Below, piece by piece: positions 26,268-35,408 of a DNA stretch of 64,000 bases. Source of the stretch: Candidatus Hermodarchaeota archaeon (GTDB lineage Archaea; Asgardarchaeota; Hermodarchaeia; Hermodarchaeales; Hermodarchaeaceae); contig JAEOTO010000032.1 of the NCBI GenBank assembly GCA_016839805.1, positions 192,001 to 256,000 of the forward strand, given 5' to 3'. How positions within the stretch are numbered: the first letter of the stretch is position 1; every line of letters starts with the position of its first letter. The position numbers and the translations under genes were made by a program. The notes beneath the pieces were generated by a model. It had not been told where the DNA came from. It worked only from the letters and a program-made list of their open reading frames with translations, and did no database searches.

Positions 26268-27527
26268 CTAAGCCTGTTCAGCCCATCGTAAAATCGCTGC
26301 AAAACCTCGAAATGCACCTAGTAATTGTTTTCCTTCCTCAGTCTCAGGCGAGATGATTTCCAGCGTGGACCCAGTTTCTTGTGCTAGTTCGTTAAACTCT
26401 TCAATGATGTCTTGGGCTTTTTCAATTCCAAGGGACTGGTTATGACAGTTAGGACATTGTTGTTCTGCTAATTGATCTTCAAATTCGGAAATGGAATCAG
26501 GCTCTAAAGTTTTCTCGGAGCTGTAACCACAAGAACTACAAGTAATGGTAGCACGTTCATAATCAATACCTTCAGAAACTAATATTGTGTCAACAGCTCC
26601 TCGATCAAGAGCTTCTCGGACTTGTTTTTCTCCATATGTAGCACGACCTGTATCACGGGCGAGTTCACTGAGAAACCGTTGGACCAGGCGCTTTTCTTTA
26701 ACAAGTCGTTGGTTTCGTAGAATTTCCTCAGATTTCTCTACCAGAGCCCTAATGCCTTCTTCTCCCGCATATGCTGTATCGAGAACAGCCAAGATTTTGT
26801 CTTTGAGGGGGCTAGTGAGATAACCTTTCTCAGCAAAGACTGCCTTGGTAAATCCCGGTCCTCCGATAATTATTCCACTCAAATCGGAAATTTCCTCGAA
26901 CAGTTCTCGAGTCAATTCGCTTGATTTAGTGAGAAATTCGTGAGCTGCTTGTTCGATTAGCCGTTCAAATCGTCTCTGACTCTGACCTCCTGCTCGGTGT
27001 TTACCCATAATTCCCGATTTAAGCGTTTTAACAATCTTTAAATTAGTTCCTCTGAGGAGAGCCCATGCTGATTGACTACGATCGATTGAAATTAGCCCAT
27101 AACTGCTTTTAGGGCTTAACATATCACGGAGGGGATCAAGCCAGAACTCAGAGGCACATTGGTAGATATACACATTGACCGGTTCTGGTGGTTCAATGAG
27201 GTAAATTTCCATTTTTTCGCTACCTGGTGCCCCTTTCGGGATTGCGCCAGCAAATACTGCAAGTCCATTTGGAGGTGGTTTAGGAATGATTTTTAATCGC
27301 TGGATGACGGTTTGGATGGCGTCCATTACATTTTTTCGTGTCGATTTCGACTTGATGTTTGTTGCGGTCCCGTATTCAGTGCGTAGTGTTCCAATGACGT
27401 CACTTATTTGCCGGTCTGAAGGAATATAGAGAGTGATTAATTCCGTGTGTAGTCCTTTTTTTCGTGCTAAAGTGTCCACTACCTTCTTGAGTTTGAACCG
27501 CTGATACGATTCACTAGTAGTAGACAT
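26268..27527 (-). CDS. prf1: Peptide chain release factor aRF1
   Basis: NIKS, YxC, GGQS and a CxxC zinc-ribbon minidomain. Confidence 0.97.
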   Translation of the reverse strand: MSTTSESYQRFKLKKVVDTLARKKGLHTELITLYIPSDRQISDVIGTLRTEYGTATNIKSKSTRKNVMDAIQTVIQRLKIIPKPPPNGLAVFAGAIPKGAPGSEKMEIYLIEPPEPVNVYIYQCASEFWLDPLRDMLSPKSSYGLISIDRSQSAWALLRGTNLKIVKTLKSGIMGKHRAGGQSQRRFERLIEQAAHEFLTKSSELTRELFEEISDLSGIIIGGPGFTKAVFAEKGYLTSPLKDKILAVLDTAYAGEEGIRALVEKSEEILRNQRLVKEKRLVQRFLSELARDTGRATYGEKQVREALDRGAVDTILVSEGIDYERATITCSSCGYSSEKTLEPDSISEFEDQLAEQQCPNCHNQSLGIEKAQDIIEEFNELAQETGSTLEIISPETEEGKQLLGAFRGFAAILRWAEQA

Positions 27528-27634
27528 AGTGTACAACCCTTTTTATCGCGTAAAACGATATGAATACGCCATTGACTGCGAGCAGCAACACATTAAAGGT
27601 AATCATAAACTTTTCGAACTAAAGAGGCATCTCT

Positions 27635-28324
27635 ATGAAGCTTGTTCTCAAAATTGGTGGGTCACTCCTTTTTGGCAAAAACCAAGAATTCAATATAGAT
27701 CGATTTAAAAAATTTGCAGAAGTTATTCGGAAATTGAAAAATCAAAATCACGATCTAGTCTTGGTGGTTGGCGGAGGGATATTGGCAAAATCTTTGGTTG
27801 AACTGGGAAAAGTGTTAGAAGCCGAACATGATGACCTGGATCGCCTGGGAATTGCAGCCACATGGGTTTGTGCACAACTTATGATTGCTGCTTTAAGTGA
27901 CATAGCTTATCCTATCCCGATTATGACAGAGCAGCAGCTGACACGTCTCAAGGGAACTGAAAAAATCCTTGTTTTAGGAGGGTTGCTTCCTGGGCAATCA
28001 ACCAATGCTGTTGCCGCTTGTGCGGCAGAACTAACTAATTCAAGAATTCTGATCAATGCCACAGACGTAGAAGGTGTCTATAATGGTGACCCCAAGAGGT
28101 CCACGAAAGTAAAACTTCTTCCGGAATTGACAATCGAGCAATTACGCGTAATCGTTAGCTCGTTAGAAAGTGAACCAGGAACATATCCGCTTTTTGATAA
28201 ACGTGCTTTGGATGTCGCTAAACGGGCTCATATTGAGGTTTGGTTTGTTAATGGATCAAATCCTGAGAACATACTCTTAGCAATAGAAAAGAGAAAAATC
28301 GGTACACGGGTTGTGCCGTCGTGA
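27635..28324 (+). CDS. pyrH: UMP kinase (archaeal type)
   Basis: LKIGGS, VVGGG, DRLGI, PGQSTNAVA, ATDVEGVY. Confidence 0.93.
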   Translation: MKLVLKIGGSLLFGKNQEFNIDRFKKFAEVIRKLKNQNHDLVLVVGGGILAKSLVELGKVLEAEHDDLDRLGIAATWVCAQLMIAALSDIAYPIPIMTEQQLTRLKGTEKILVLGGLLPGQSTNAVAACAAELTNSRILINATDVEGVYNGDPKRSTKVKLLPELTIEQLRVIVSSLESEPGTYPLFDKRALDVAKRAHIEVWFVNGSNPENILLAIEKRKIGTRVVPS

Positions 28325-28423
28325 ATTTCATCAAGGGAGATATCTTTCGAGGAACACTTTTTTCCTCACAGCTCCTTGTATTGGTAATAGCTTTCTTTCT
28401 AGCGGTGAGGTTGGCTTCATCCA

Positions 28424-28711
28424 ATGGGTCGATTAAAAGAGCTCTTCGGTGATACTCCACAGATAAGACTATTAGAAGTGCTAATTGAACAAAAGGATAC
28501 GACAATGCATCTTTCAATGTTAGCCCGGCGGGCTCAAGTATCTGTCTCCTCAGTGGAGCGGTGTCTTCTGCCTTTGATTAAAGTAGGTATCGTTTCTGAT
28601 ATTCGGTTCTTTCGACGACGAAGAATTTTGCATTTAAACCCGAAACATCCCATCGCGAAATTACTCGTGTCCTTTAAAGAAGAACTTGATAATGACTGGG
28701 GTTCTAGGTAA
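28424..28711 (+). CDS. Small wHTH protein
   Basis: LFGDTPQIRLLEVL...LARRAQVS...LIKVGIV. Confidence 0.75.
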   Translation: MGRLKELFGDTPQIRLLEVLIEQKDTTMHLSMLARRAQVSVSSVERCLLPLIKVGIVSDIRFFRRRRILHLNPKHPIAKLLVSFKEELDNDWGSR

Positions 28712-28720
28712 CACGCCTTT

Positions 28721-29866
28721 CTAATTCTTTGAACTGGCTAGCGCTTTTAATCGGGAAAGCATCCTTTTCGGGTGAATAACTTCTGCCCAGCGCTTTCTCT
28801 TTCCAATCTCAACATGTACTAAAGTGTCTGATTTCCTAAAGGCACGTTGGACATAACCCAAACCAACGCCTTTTTTAATTAATGGTGAGATTGAGCCACT
28901 TGTGACCTCCCCGATCATTTCGCCTTTTGAAGAAATTGGGTTTCCTGTTCGGGGGATACCTTTTCCTAGCATAATGAGCCCAATGCGTAATTGTTGAGGC
29001 TTTTCTTGTTTTTCGGTTACTAGTGCTTCTCTTCCAAGAAACGTTTTTTTCTTTAAATGGACGATAAAACCAATACGGGCTTGGTATGGTGAAGTCTGTT
29101 CATTAATGTCGTTACCATAAAGAACCATCCCCGCTTCTAAGCGTAATGTGTCACGGGCTGCTAATCCAACAGGGACAAGTCCCTCTTCTTGTCCTTTATC
29201 CAGAATTCTGTTCCATAGATTAACCGCCTTTTCCTTTTCATCGAGACTCACATTTAGTTGGGCAATTTCAAACCCATCTTCACCGGTATATCCACTACGT
29301 GTAGCAATGACTTCATGCCCGTCTAGCTTTATCTGAATAGAACTAAAACGTGGCACAGATGACAAGTCAGTCGTAGTCAGTTTTTGCAGGATCATAACTG
29401 CGGCTGGCCCCTGGAGAGCAAACATCGGAGTAATGTCAGAGATATTAGCGACTTTTACTTTAAACCCGTCTGCATGTTTATTCATCCATGCAAAGTCTTT
29501 CTTGCGATTAGCACCATTTACTACAACATAATATTCATTTTCGGCGAGACGAAATAGGAAAAGGTCATCTACGATTCCTCCCTTCATTGTACAAAAAGTG
29601 CTATACGTTCCTTCCCCTGTTTCTAGTCGCTGAATTCGAGTAGGCAAGAGATACTCTAGATATTGAGTTGCTTCGGGACCTGTAATCATAGCTCTACCCA
29701 TATGGGTAACATCGAAAATTCCCGCGGCTGTCCGTGTAGCAAGATGTTCGGGAACGGCTGCCTTGTACCACAAAGGCATATGAAAACCAGCGAACTCAAC
29801 CATTTTTGCGCCATGTGCTACATGCCAATCGTGCAAATGGGTTGTTAATAACTGTGAGCTCGTCAT
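28721..29866 (-). CDS. gcvT: Glycine cleavage system aminomethyltransferase T
   Basis: FDVTHMG, RSGYTGEDGFE, GLAARDTLRLEAG. Confidence 0.96.
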   Translation of the reverse strand: MTSSQLLTTHLHDWHVAHGAKMVEFAGFHMPLWYKAAVPEHLATRTAAGIFDVTHMGRAMITGPEATQYLEYLLPTRIQRLETGEGTYSTFCTMKGGIVDDLFLFRLAENEYYVVVNGANRKKDFAWMNKHADGFKVKVANISDITPMFALQGPAAVMILQKLTTTDLSSVPRFSSIQIKLDGHEVIATRSGYTGEDGFEIAQLNVSLDEKEKAVNLWNRILDKGQEEGLVPVGLAARDTLRLEAGMVLYGNDINEQTSPYQARIGFIVHLKKKTFLGREALVTEKQEKPQQLRIGLIMLGKGIPRTGNPISSKGEMIGEVTSGSISPLIKKGVGLGYVQRAFRKSDTLVHVEIGKRKRWAEVIHPKRMLSRLKALASSKN

Positions 29867-29935
29867 AATGCTGACCTCTTTGAAACGGTCGAGTTCTTAT
29901 TTAAGCAAGTGGCATTAAGTTTTCGGTGACTACAA

Positions 29936-30772
29936 ATGGGTCCCTTCCAAGCACAACTTGGTCCTGTAACAGTTGGTGATCATGAAGACGTTGCAGTCAT
30001 GGGTATTATAAATCTGGATCCTTACTCCTTTTATCAACCATCTTATTTTGCCTCTTCGAAAGAGGCTCTTTCCGCAGCTAAAATGATGATCGAGGAAGGC
30101 GCTGATATCATTGACGTTGGAGGTGTATCCACAGCACCTGGGTCTCCAGAAGTATCCGTTGACACCGAAAAGCGTCGTGTTGCCACGATTATCCAACAGA
30201 TAGCACAAAATTGGGATATCCCAATTTCTATTGACACCCAACGGACTCAAGTCGTTCAAACTGCAATAAGGTATGGAGCCACTATTGTTAACGATGTATC
30301 TGGCTTGAAATATGACCCTGATATGGCAAAGACGATTCAGGATAGTGGTGTAAGCTGTGTGTTAATGGCGGCAGGAAATCGACCTGGAGATCGGGCCACA
30401 CTTCCTGAGATCATCTCGGCATTAGAGGATAGTCTTCAAATAGCTTTGTCTGCAGGAATTCCTTCTAACCACATCGTCGTGGATCCAGGGATTGGATTTG
30501 GCAAACCTTTCAAATGCGATCTTGAAATACTCCGAAATCTTCGGCGGTTTCGTGTTCTCGAACAACCAATTCTGCTTGGCGTATCAAGAAAGCATTTCAT
30601 CGGTGAAGTGCTTGGTTACTCTTCGCCGCATGATCGGCTCTATGGGACTCTTGCTGCTTTGACAATAGCGCTCCAGGAAGGAGTGCACGTTATTCGGACC
30701 CATGATATCCTTGCAGCACAAGACTGTGTAAAGATGGTTAATGCCCTTCTGTCAAACAAAGAGGGTGAATGA
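29936..30772 (+). CDS. folP: Dihydropteroate synthase
   Basis: MGIINL, GADIIDVGG, NDVSG, DPGIGFGK, SRK, RTHD. Confidence 0.95.
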   Translation: MGPFQAQLGPVTVGDHEDVAVMGIINLDPYSFYQPSYFASSKEALSAAKMMIEEGADIIDVGGVSTAPGSPEVSVDTEKRRVATIIQQIAQNWDIPISIDTQRTQVVQTAIRYGATIVNDVSGLKYDPDMAKTIQDSGVSCVLMAAGNRPGDRATLPEIISALEDSLQIALSAGIPSNHIVVDPGIGFGKPFKCDLEILRNLRRFRVLEQPILLGVSRKHFIGEVLGYSSPHDRLYGTLAALTIALQEGVHVIRTHDILAAQDCVKMVNALLSNKEGE

Positions 30773-30775
30773 AAT

Positions 30776-31555
30776 ATGGAGCTCTATGGACTTTCAACAC
30801 CAATTATACAACCAGGTGATAATTTAGTTCGGATTGTCTTAACGGCTATGGACCAACAGGGATTAGTACCGAACACACATGATATCTTCGTAATAGCCGA
30901 AACGGTAGTTGCCACAAGCCAAAATCGAATTCGCGAATTAACAAAAGTAACAGTTACCCCACATGCTCTGGAACTTTCAGAGCAATATGGGCTAGATGCA
31001 TCCCTTGCCCAACTAATTCTAGACGAGGCTGATGAAATACTTGGTGGAGTCCCCCATGTGCTATTAACAATTAAAGATAACACCTTAATGGCAAATGCTG
31101 GAATCGATCGCTCAAATGCACCACCAGGTCATGTCGTCCTTCTACCCATTCAACCTACTGATGAAGCCTGGCGAATAAAAACCGAATTAGAAAACCAAAC
31201 CGGTCACGAGCTAGGAATAATTATTGCTGACAGCCGAACTCAACCACTCAGACTAGGAACGGTTGGGCTAGCTGTGGCAATCGCTGGGATTGAACCAGTC
31301 AAAGATTTTCGAGGGCATCCCGATTTGTATGGCACACCACTACGAATAACTCGCTCAGCAATAGCTGACAATCTTGCCTCGGCGGCTCAACTATTATTCG
31401 GTGAAGCCAATGAACAAGTACCCCTTGTGTTAATTCGAGGAGCACCCGTAACTTTTACAAAAAAACGGATACAACCAGAATCAATGACCATCGATCGACA
31501 AGATTGCTTGTACATGACGATATTCAAAGATTATAGTGATTCAATTAGAATCTGA
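30776..31555 (+). CDS. cofE: F420-0:gamma-glutamyl ligase family protein
   Basis: ANAGIDRSN, IIADS, DLYG, ADNLASAA, GEANE. Confidence 0.9.
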   Translation: MELYGLSTPIIQPGDNLVRIVLTAMDQQGLVPNTHDIFVIAETVVATSQNRIRELTKVTVTPHALELSEQYGLDASLAQLILDEADEILGGVPHVLLTIKDNTLMANAGIDRSNAPPGHVVLLPIQPTDEAWRIKTELENQTGHELGIIIADSRTQPLRLGTVGLAVAIAGIEPVKDFRGHPDLYGTPLRITRSAIADNLASAAQLLFGEANEQVPLVLIRGAPVTFTKKRIQPESMTIDRQDCLYMTIFKDYSDSIRI

Positions 31556-31576
31556 GCATTTGAAAAGGCGGAGAAC

Positions 31577-31647
31577 GGCTCAGTACTCAAGATCCTTATC
31601 ATCCCTAATAGCACGCTACAGGTCGTAAGGGTCAGGTCTTCACAGCC
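31577..31647 (-). ncRNA. Small structured element: C/D-box-like RNA or diverged copy of the tnpB 3'-end (omegaRNA) hairpin
   Basis: GGC-TGTGAAGA...CTGA-GCC K-turn pattern; TAAGGATCTTGAGTAC matches TAAGGATCTGAGTAC at 33712-33726. Confidence 0.45.
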
Positions 31648-31702
31648 AATCTCCAATAAGAATCATATTTTCCTTCCTTTTATGCATTCGCAAAAGAAAA
31701 TA

Positions 31703-31807
31703 TGGTGCGGCTTCCGGGATTTTCGGTGACTTTACAAAGCAGTCAAGCATTCGAACCCGGGTCTCAGGCGTGGGAGGCCTGGGTCATAACCACTAGACAA
31801 AAGCCGC
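31703..31807 (-). tRNA. tRNA-Gly(CCC) with 30-nt T-loop intron (31720-31749)
   Basis: CAGGC-CT-CCC-AC-GCCTG; GGTTCGAA[intron]TCCC; encoded CCA. Confidence 0.9.
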
Positions 31808-31941
31808 ATGGTTCTAATGTGAAGAAGTACCAAGTAAACCTAAAATCATTTTGGTAGATTAATCCTTAGATAACCTATTTTACACCTAAAATGGAAAAAA
31901 ATCTATGAATAGTGTCACGTCCTCACAAGAAGGAATCTATC

Positions 31942-32154
31942 ATGTCTTCCAAAGTTGAAGAGATTGCTATCATCGCCATCATCATTGGTATTGTTTTGAT
32001 TATCGCAGTTACTCTAGCTTGGGTCTTTTTACCTCCACCTACCAATTACACCATAGGAGGAGGGATTTTTGTGGCAGGTGTAATAGTGTTAATTGGTGGG
32101 GTTGTAATAGTTACAACGGCCAGGACCTGTAGAACGAAAGACCTTATAGAATAA
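31942..32154 (+). CDS. Small two-TM membrane protein
   Basis: Two hydrophobic helices separated by PPPTNY; ATG after AAGGA. Confidence 0.65.
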   Translation: MSSKVEEIAIIAIIIGIVLIIAVTLAWVFLPPPTNYTIGGGIFVAGVIVLIGGVVIVTTARTCRTKDLIE

Positions 32155-32355
32155 TGTGGAACGAAGCTTGGACAAGTGGCACAAGTTCTTAACAAATTCG
32201 TTCCTGAAGTCACGCTTCTCAAATCCGTCAAGAGCCACCTCTATGCAAATGCAATTATTGTTGTTCATAGATGGAAAATTTTCCGTGGTGTTTTTTGTAC
32301 TGATTGAAGAGATAATTGACGTAGGTCATCTGTTATTTTGGAGTATAGTTAAAGA

Positions 32356-33714
32356 ATGCAGATTACGGTGTGCGGTAGAATATTTCCTTCAAAAGAAGAA
32401 GCTGGAAAACTGGATCTCCTAATGAAACACCAATCAACTTGTATGCGATCAGCTTACAAACGTATTTGTGAAGGAAAAACCAAATCTGAAATAGACCGAT
32501 TTCTGAAAAATTTGTATCCTGAATTGAACTCCCGTTATCGTAGAGATGGCTATTTCAGAGCGCTGGTCAACTATGAAGTAGCAGTGAAATTAGAAAAAAT
32601 CGGTCTACTTAATTCTATTGAGAAGGTAATATTCGGTGGTCGAAAAAACTTCCAGCGAAGAGAGCAAGGAAAACTTACATCTGAGGAATGGAAACGGCTA
32701 AGGAATAATCAACTTTTTTCAAGGGGCGACAAATCCAAAAAAGGGAATCTTAACCTGCGATTTTTAGAATTAAATGGGCAATTGTTTCTTCGTGTGAATA
32801 CAGGTAATCGTACCTGGGTTAACATACCCGCTTACCTCCCCAAACATGTAGAAGAAATCGTCAACAGTGTAGTACCTTACGGAGTAAGGATCATAAGGAA
32901 AAATGCTTCGTATGAATTACGCGTTAACCGAAGACAAGATTTCGATAATAAATTTAATTTTGAATTAGGGGCGGTGGGTGTTGATTTCAATCATAATACG
33001 GTTGATTTAGCAGTTACCAATAAACAAGGACAACTGAAGAAGCAACGAACAATAAATTGCCAATCATTAACTTGTGCTCGTAAAGGAAAACGGGATTGGC
33101 TAATTGGGAACCTGGTCAAACATATTGTCTATTATGCCAAGTATTGGAAACGGGGACTAGTTATTGAGAATCTGCATAAAGTGACTCAAGGTCAATCAAA
33201 TCACCATGTGTTCACCTATCGAAAATTCTCTGAAGCTATTAAACGACGTGCCAAAAAAGAAGGTGTACAGATTCGAATAATAAATCCTGCATATACCTCT
33301 ATTATAGGACGATGGAAATACGCCCCCTATTATCATCTCACGGTCCATCAATCCGCCGCTTTAGTAATTGCGCGGCGGGGACAGGGCTTTTCCGAACATC
33401 TCCGAAAGCTCAAGTCTTTAGTCCTCGAACCAATGGAAGGAGGAGAGGCTAGAGAGCATTCACCCCGTCGTCGGGTACATGCATGGCGTTTTTGGAAAAA
33501 GTTGGGAAGCCTACCCTCCCATAACGGGATGAACACCCGGCACTCCAACCAACCCTGTAAGATCAATAGGATGGAAAGTTGGAGAACAAGGAGTTCACAC
33601 GAAAATAATCTGGATACAGACGACATATCCAGAGGGAAGATCGTCATCCCTGGTAGCGGTCCATCACAAAGTGATGTGAATAGGATCCTACATTCCTCAG
33701 AAATAGAATCGTAA
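32356..33714 (+). CDS. tnpB: TnpB-related RuvC nuclease (IS200/IS605/IS607 accessory type)
   Basis: KVIFGGRKNF, SRGDKSKKGNLNLR, RuvC-I GVDFN, RuvC-II VIENL, NPAYTS, HQSAALVIARR. Confidence 0.88.
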   Translation: MQITVCGRIFPSKEEAGKLDLLMKHQSTCMRSAYKRICEGKTKSEIDRFLKNLYPELNSRYRRDGYFRALVNYEVAVKLEKIGLLNSIEKVIFGGRKNFQRREQGKLTSEEWKRLRNNQLFSRGDKSKKGNLNLRFLELNGQLFLRVNTGNRTWVNIPAYLPKHVEEIVNSVVPYGVRIIRKNASYELRVNRRQDFDNKFNFELGAVGVDFNHNTVDLAVTNKQGQLKKQRTINCQSLTCARKGKRDWLIGNLVKHIVYYAKYWKRGLVIENLHKVTQGQSNHHVFTYRKFSEAIKRRAKKEGVQIRIINPAYTSIIGRWKYAPYYHLTVHQSAALVIARRGQGFSEHLRKLKSLVLEPMEGGEAREHSPRRRVHAWRFWKKLGSLPSHNGMNTRHSNQPCKINRMESWRTRSSHENNLDTDDISRGKIVIPGSGPSQSDVNRILHSSEIES

Positions 33715-33726
33715 GGATCTGAGTAC
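32356..33726 (+). mobile_element. Non-autonomous tnpB element; right end probably at 33726, left end not resolved
   Basis: Solo tnpB, 3' hairpin GGATCCTAC...GTAAGGATCT, abrupt junction with a tRNA fragment; no transposase nearby. Confidence 0.55.
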
Positions 33727-33760
33727 CAGGCCTAAATCCTGACCACTAGACCACGGTCGC
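33727..33760 (-). pseudogene. Orphan 5' half (positions 1-34) of a tRNA-Gly, probably GCC; disrupted or split tRNA
   Basis: GCGACCG-TG-GTCT-AGTGGTCA-GGAT-T-TAGGC-CT-G parallels tRNA-Gly(CCC); no matching 3' half seen nearby. Confidence 0.7.
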
Positions 33761-33830
33761 GATAAATTGTGTGAAACTGGAAGAAAGACCCTATAATAAT
33801 TTCCGATACTAAGTTCTCTATGGTAAGAAG

Positions 33831-35264
33831 TCAGTTGTCTTCTGTTGCAGGTGGAGAATACCGGTATTGCTGTTGGGTTTTTGCCTTTTCAATAGTTTCA
33901 GGGTCAATCCGTTTGAGTTCACGTTCAGGAAATGTTGAAAGCATTTCCCAACCCAAATCAAGGGTTTGTTCAATAGTGCGTTCTTCGAATTCACCCTGAT
34001 TTAGGAATTGTGTTTCAAACATTTCTATGAAGTTCAAATACACCCGATCCCGGTCTGAGAGGGCCCCTTCACCTACAACTGCCACAAGGTCTCGGAGGTC
34101 TGAACCTTCGCTAGCAGCATAGTATAATTGAGCTTGAACCTCATTATGATCTGCACGAGTATGCCCTTCCCCAATTCCTTCCTTCATTAATCGACTAAGA
34201 CTCGGTGCAGGGTCAATTGGAGGGTAGATTCCTTTATTGTGAAGGGAACGACTTGTAATAAGCTGTCCTTCAGTGATATAACCGGTGAGATCAGCTACTG
34301 GATGCGTAATATCGTCACCGGGCATTGTTAGAATGGGCATTTGTGTGATAGTACCTTTTCGTCCAATGATACGGCCTGCTCGTTCGTAGATAGATGAAAG
34401 GTCTGTATAGAGATATCCTGGATACCCTCTACGACCAGGTACCTCCTCTCGGGCCGCTGATATCTCACGTAGGGCGTTTGCATAGTTGAGCATGTCTGTT
34501 AGTATAACGAGAACATGCATACCCTGTTCAAAGGCTAGATACTCAGCAATTGTGAGGGCAGTTCGTGGTGTAATAATTCGTTCAATCGGAGGATCATCTG
34601 CAAGATTTAACACAAGCACACTTGTGGCTAACGCGCCCGTCTCTTCTAAAGTCTTCATGTAAAATTGCGCAGTTTCAGCTGTAATTCCGATTGCGCAAAG
34701 TATTACGGCAAACTGTTCCTCTTTACCCGGAATTTTTGCCTGGCGTGTGATTTGGGCTGCAACCCGATCATGTGGCAAACCGGAACCACTGAAAATTGGG
34801 AGTTTCTGACCACGAACGAGCGTGTTAAGTCCATCAATGACGCTGAGGCCTGTTTGAATAAATTCTCGTGGATATTGTCTTGCATCGGGGTTCATTGGTG
34901 CTCCATTGAGATCCAATTCGTCATCAGGGACAATCGGTGGTCCCTTGTCAATAGGGATTCCAGAGCCTGTGAGAACTCGTCCGAGTAGATCAATGGTAAC
35001 CGAAGTTCTCATCGTTTCACCAGTAAGACGTACTCGAGTTGCCTTCGTGTCAAGTCCACGAGTTCCTTCAAAAACTTGAACTATTGCACGCCCTCTCATA
35101 GCCTCTAATACAGTACCTCGACGCAGAGTTCCATCTGGTGCAGTTACTTCGACAAGCTCATTGTACGCAACATCTCCTACCTTATCCAGAATTAGCAGGG
35201 GACCTGAGACAGTGGTCACAGTCTGATACGTCGGCTTCAAGGCAGAGGTTTGTTTGTCAGTCAT
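33831..35264 (-). CDS. atpB: A/V-type ATP synthase subunit B
   Basis: [40 protein letters not shown]. Confidence 0.97.
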   Translation of the reverse strand: MTDKQTSALKPTYQTVTTVSGPLLILDKVGDVAYNELVEVTAPDGTLRRGTVLEAMRGRAIVQVFEGTRGLDTKATRVRLTGETMRTSVTIDLLGRVLTGSGIPIDKGPPIVPDDELDLNGAPMNPDARQYPREFIQTGLSVIDGLNTLVRGQKLPIFSGSGLPHDRVAAQITRQAKIPGKEEQFAVILCAIGITAETAQFYMKTLEETGALATSVLVLNLADDPPIERIITPRTALTIAEYLAFEQGMHVLVILTDMLNYANALREISAAREEVPGRRGYPGYLYTDLSSIYERAGRIIGRKGTITQMPILTMPGDDITHPVADLTGYITEGQLITSRSLHNKGIYPPIDPAPSLSRLMKEGIGEGHTRADHNEVQAQLYYAASEGSDLRDLVAVVGEGALSDRDRVYLNFIEMFETQFLNQGEFEERTIEQTLDLGWEMLSTFPERELKRIDPETIEKAKTQQQYRYSPPATEDN

Positions 35265-35408
35265 TATTAGCAGCCTCAAATTTTGAGTTTATGTGTTCGA
35301 AAATATGACGGGCTTCGGTCACTAGGCTTGTGCAACTTTTAAGCCTTACTTTAAGACGAGAAAAAACTTTGGAATTTGGTCACTCCTGAAATAAACTAAA
35401 TTTAAAGA

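Noticed and set aside
32156-32422. 88-aa ORF as an IS607 TnpA remnant (LIEEIIDV..)
   Set aside because: Resemblance too weak; no serine-recombinase catalytic motif
31583-33726. A 2.1-kb giant tRNA intron or TIR-bounded transposon defined by the GTACTCA(A)GATCCTTA inverted match
   Set aside because: No tRNA 3' exon follows 31583, there is no DDE transposase or target duplication, and the segment contains a normal tRNA gene
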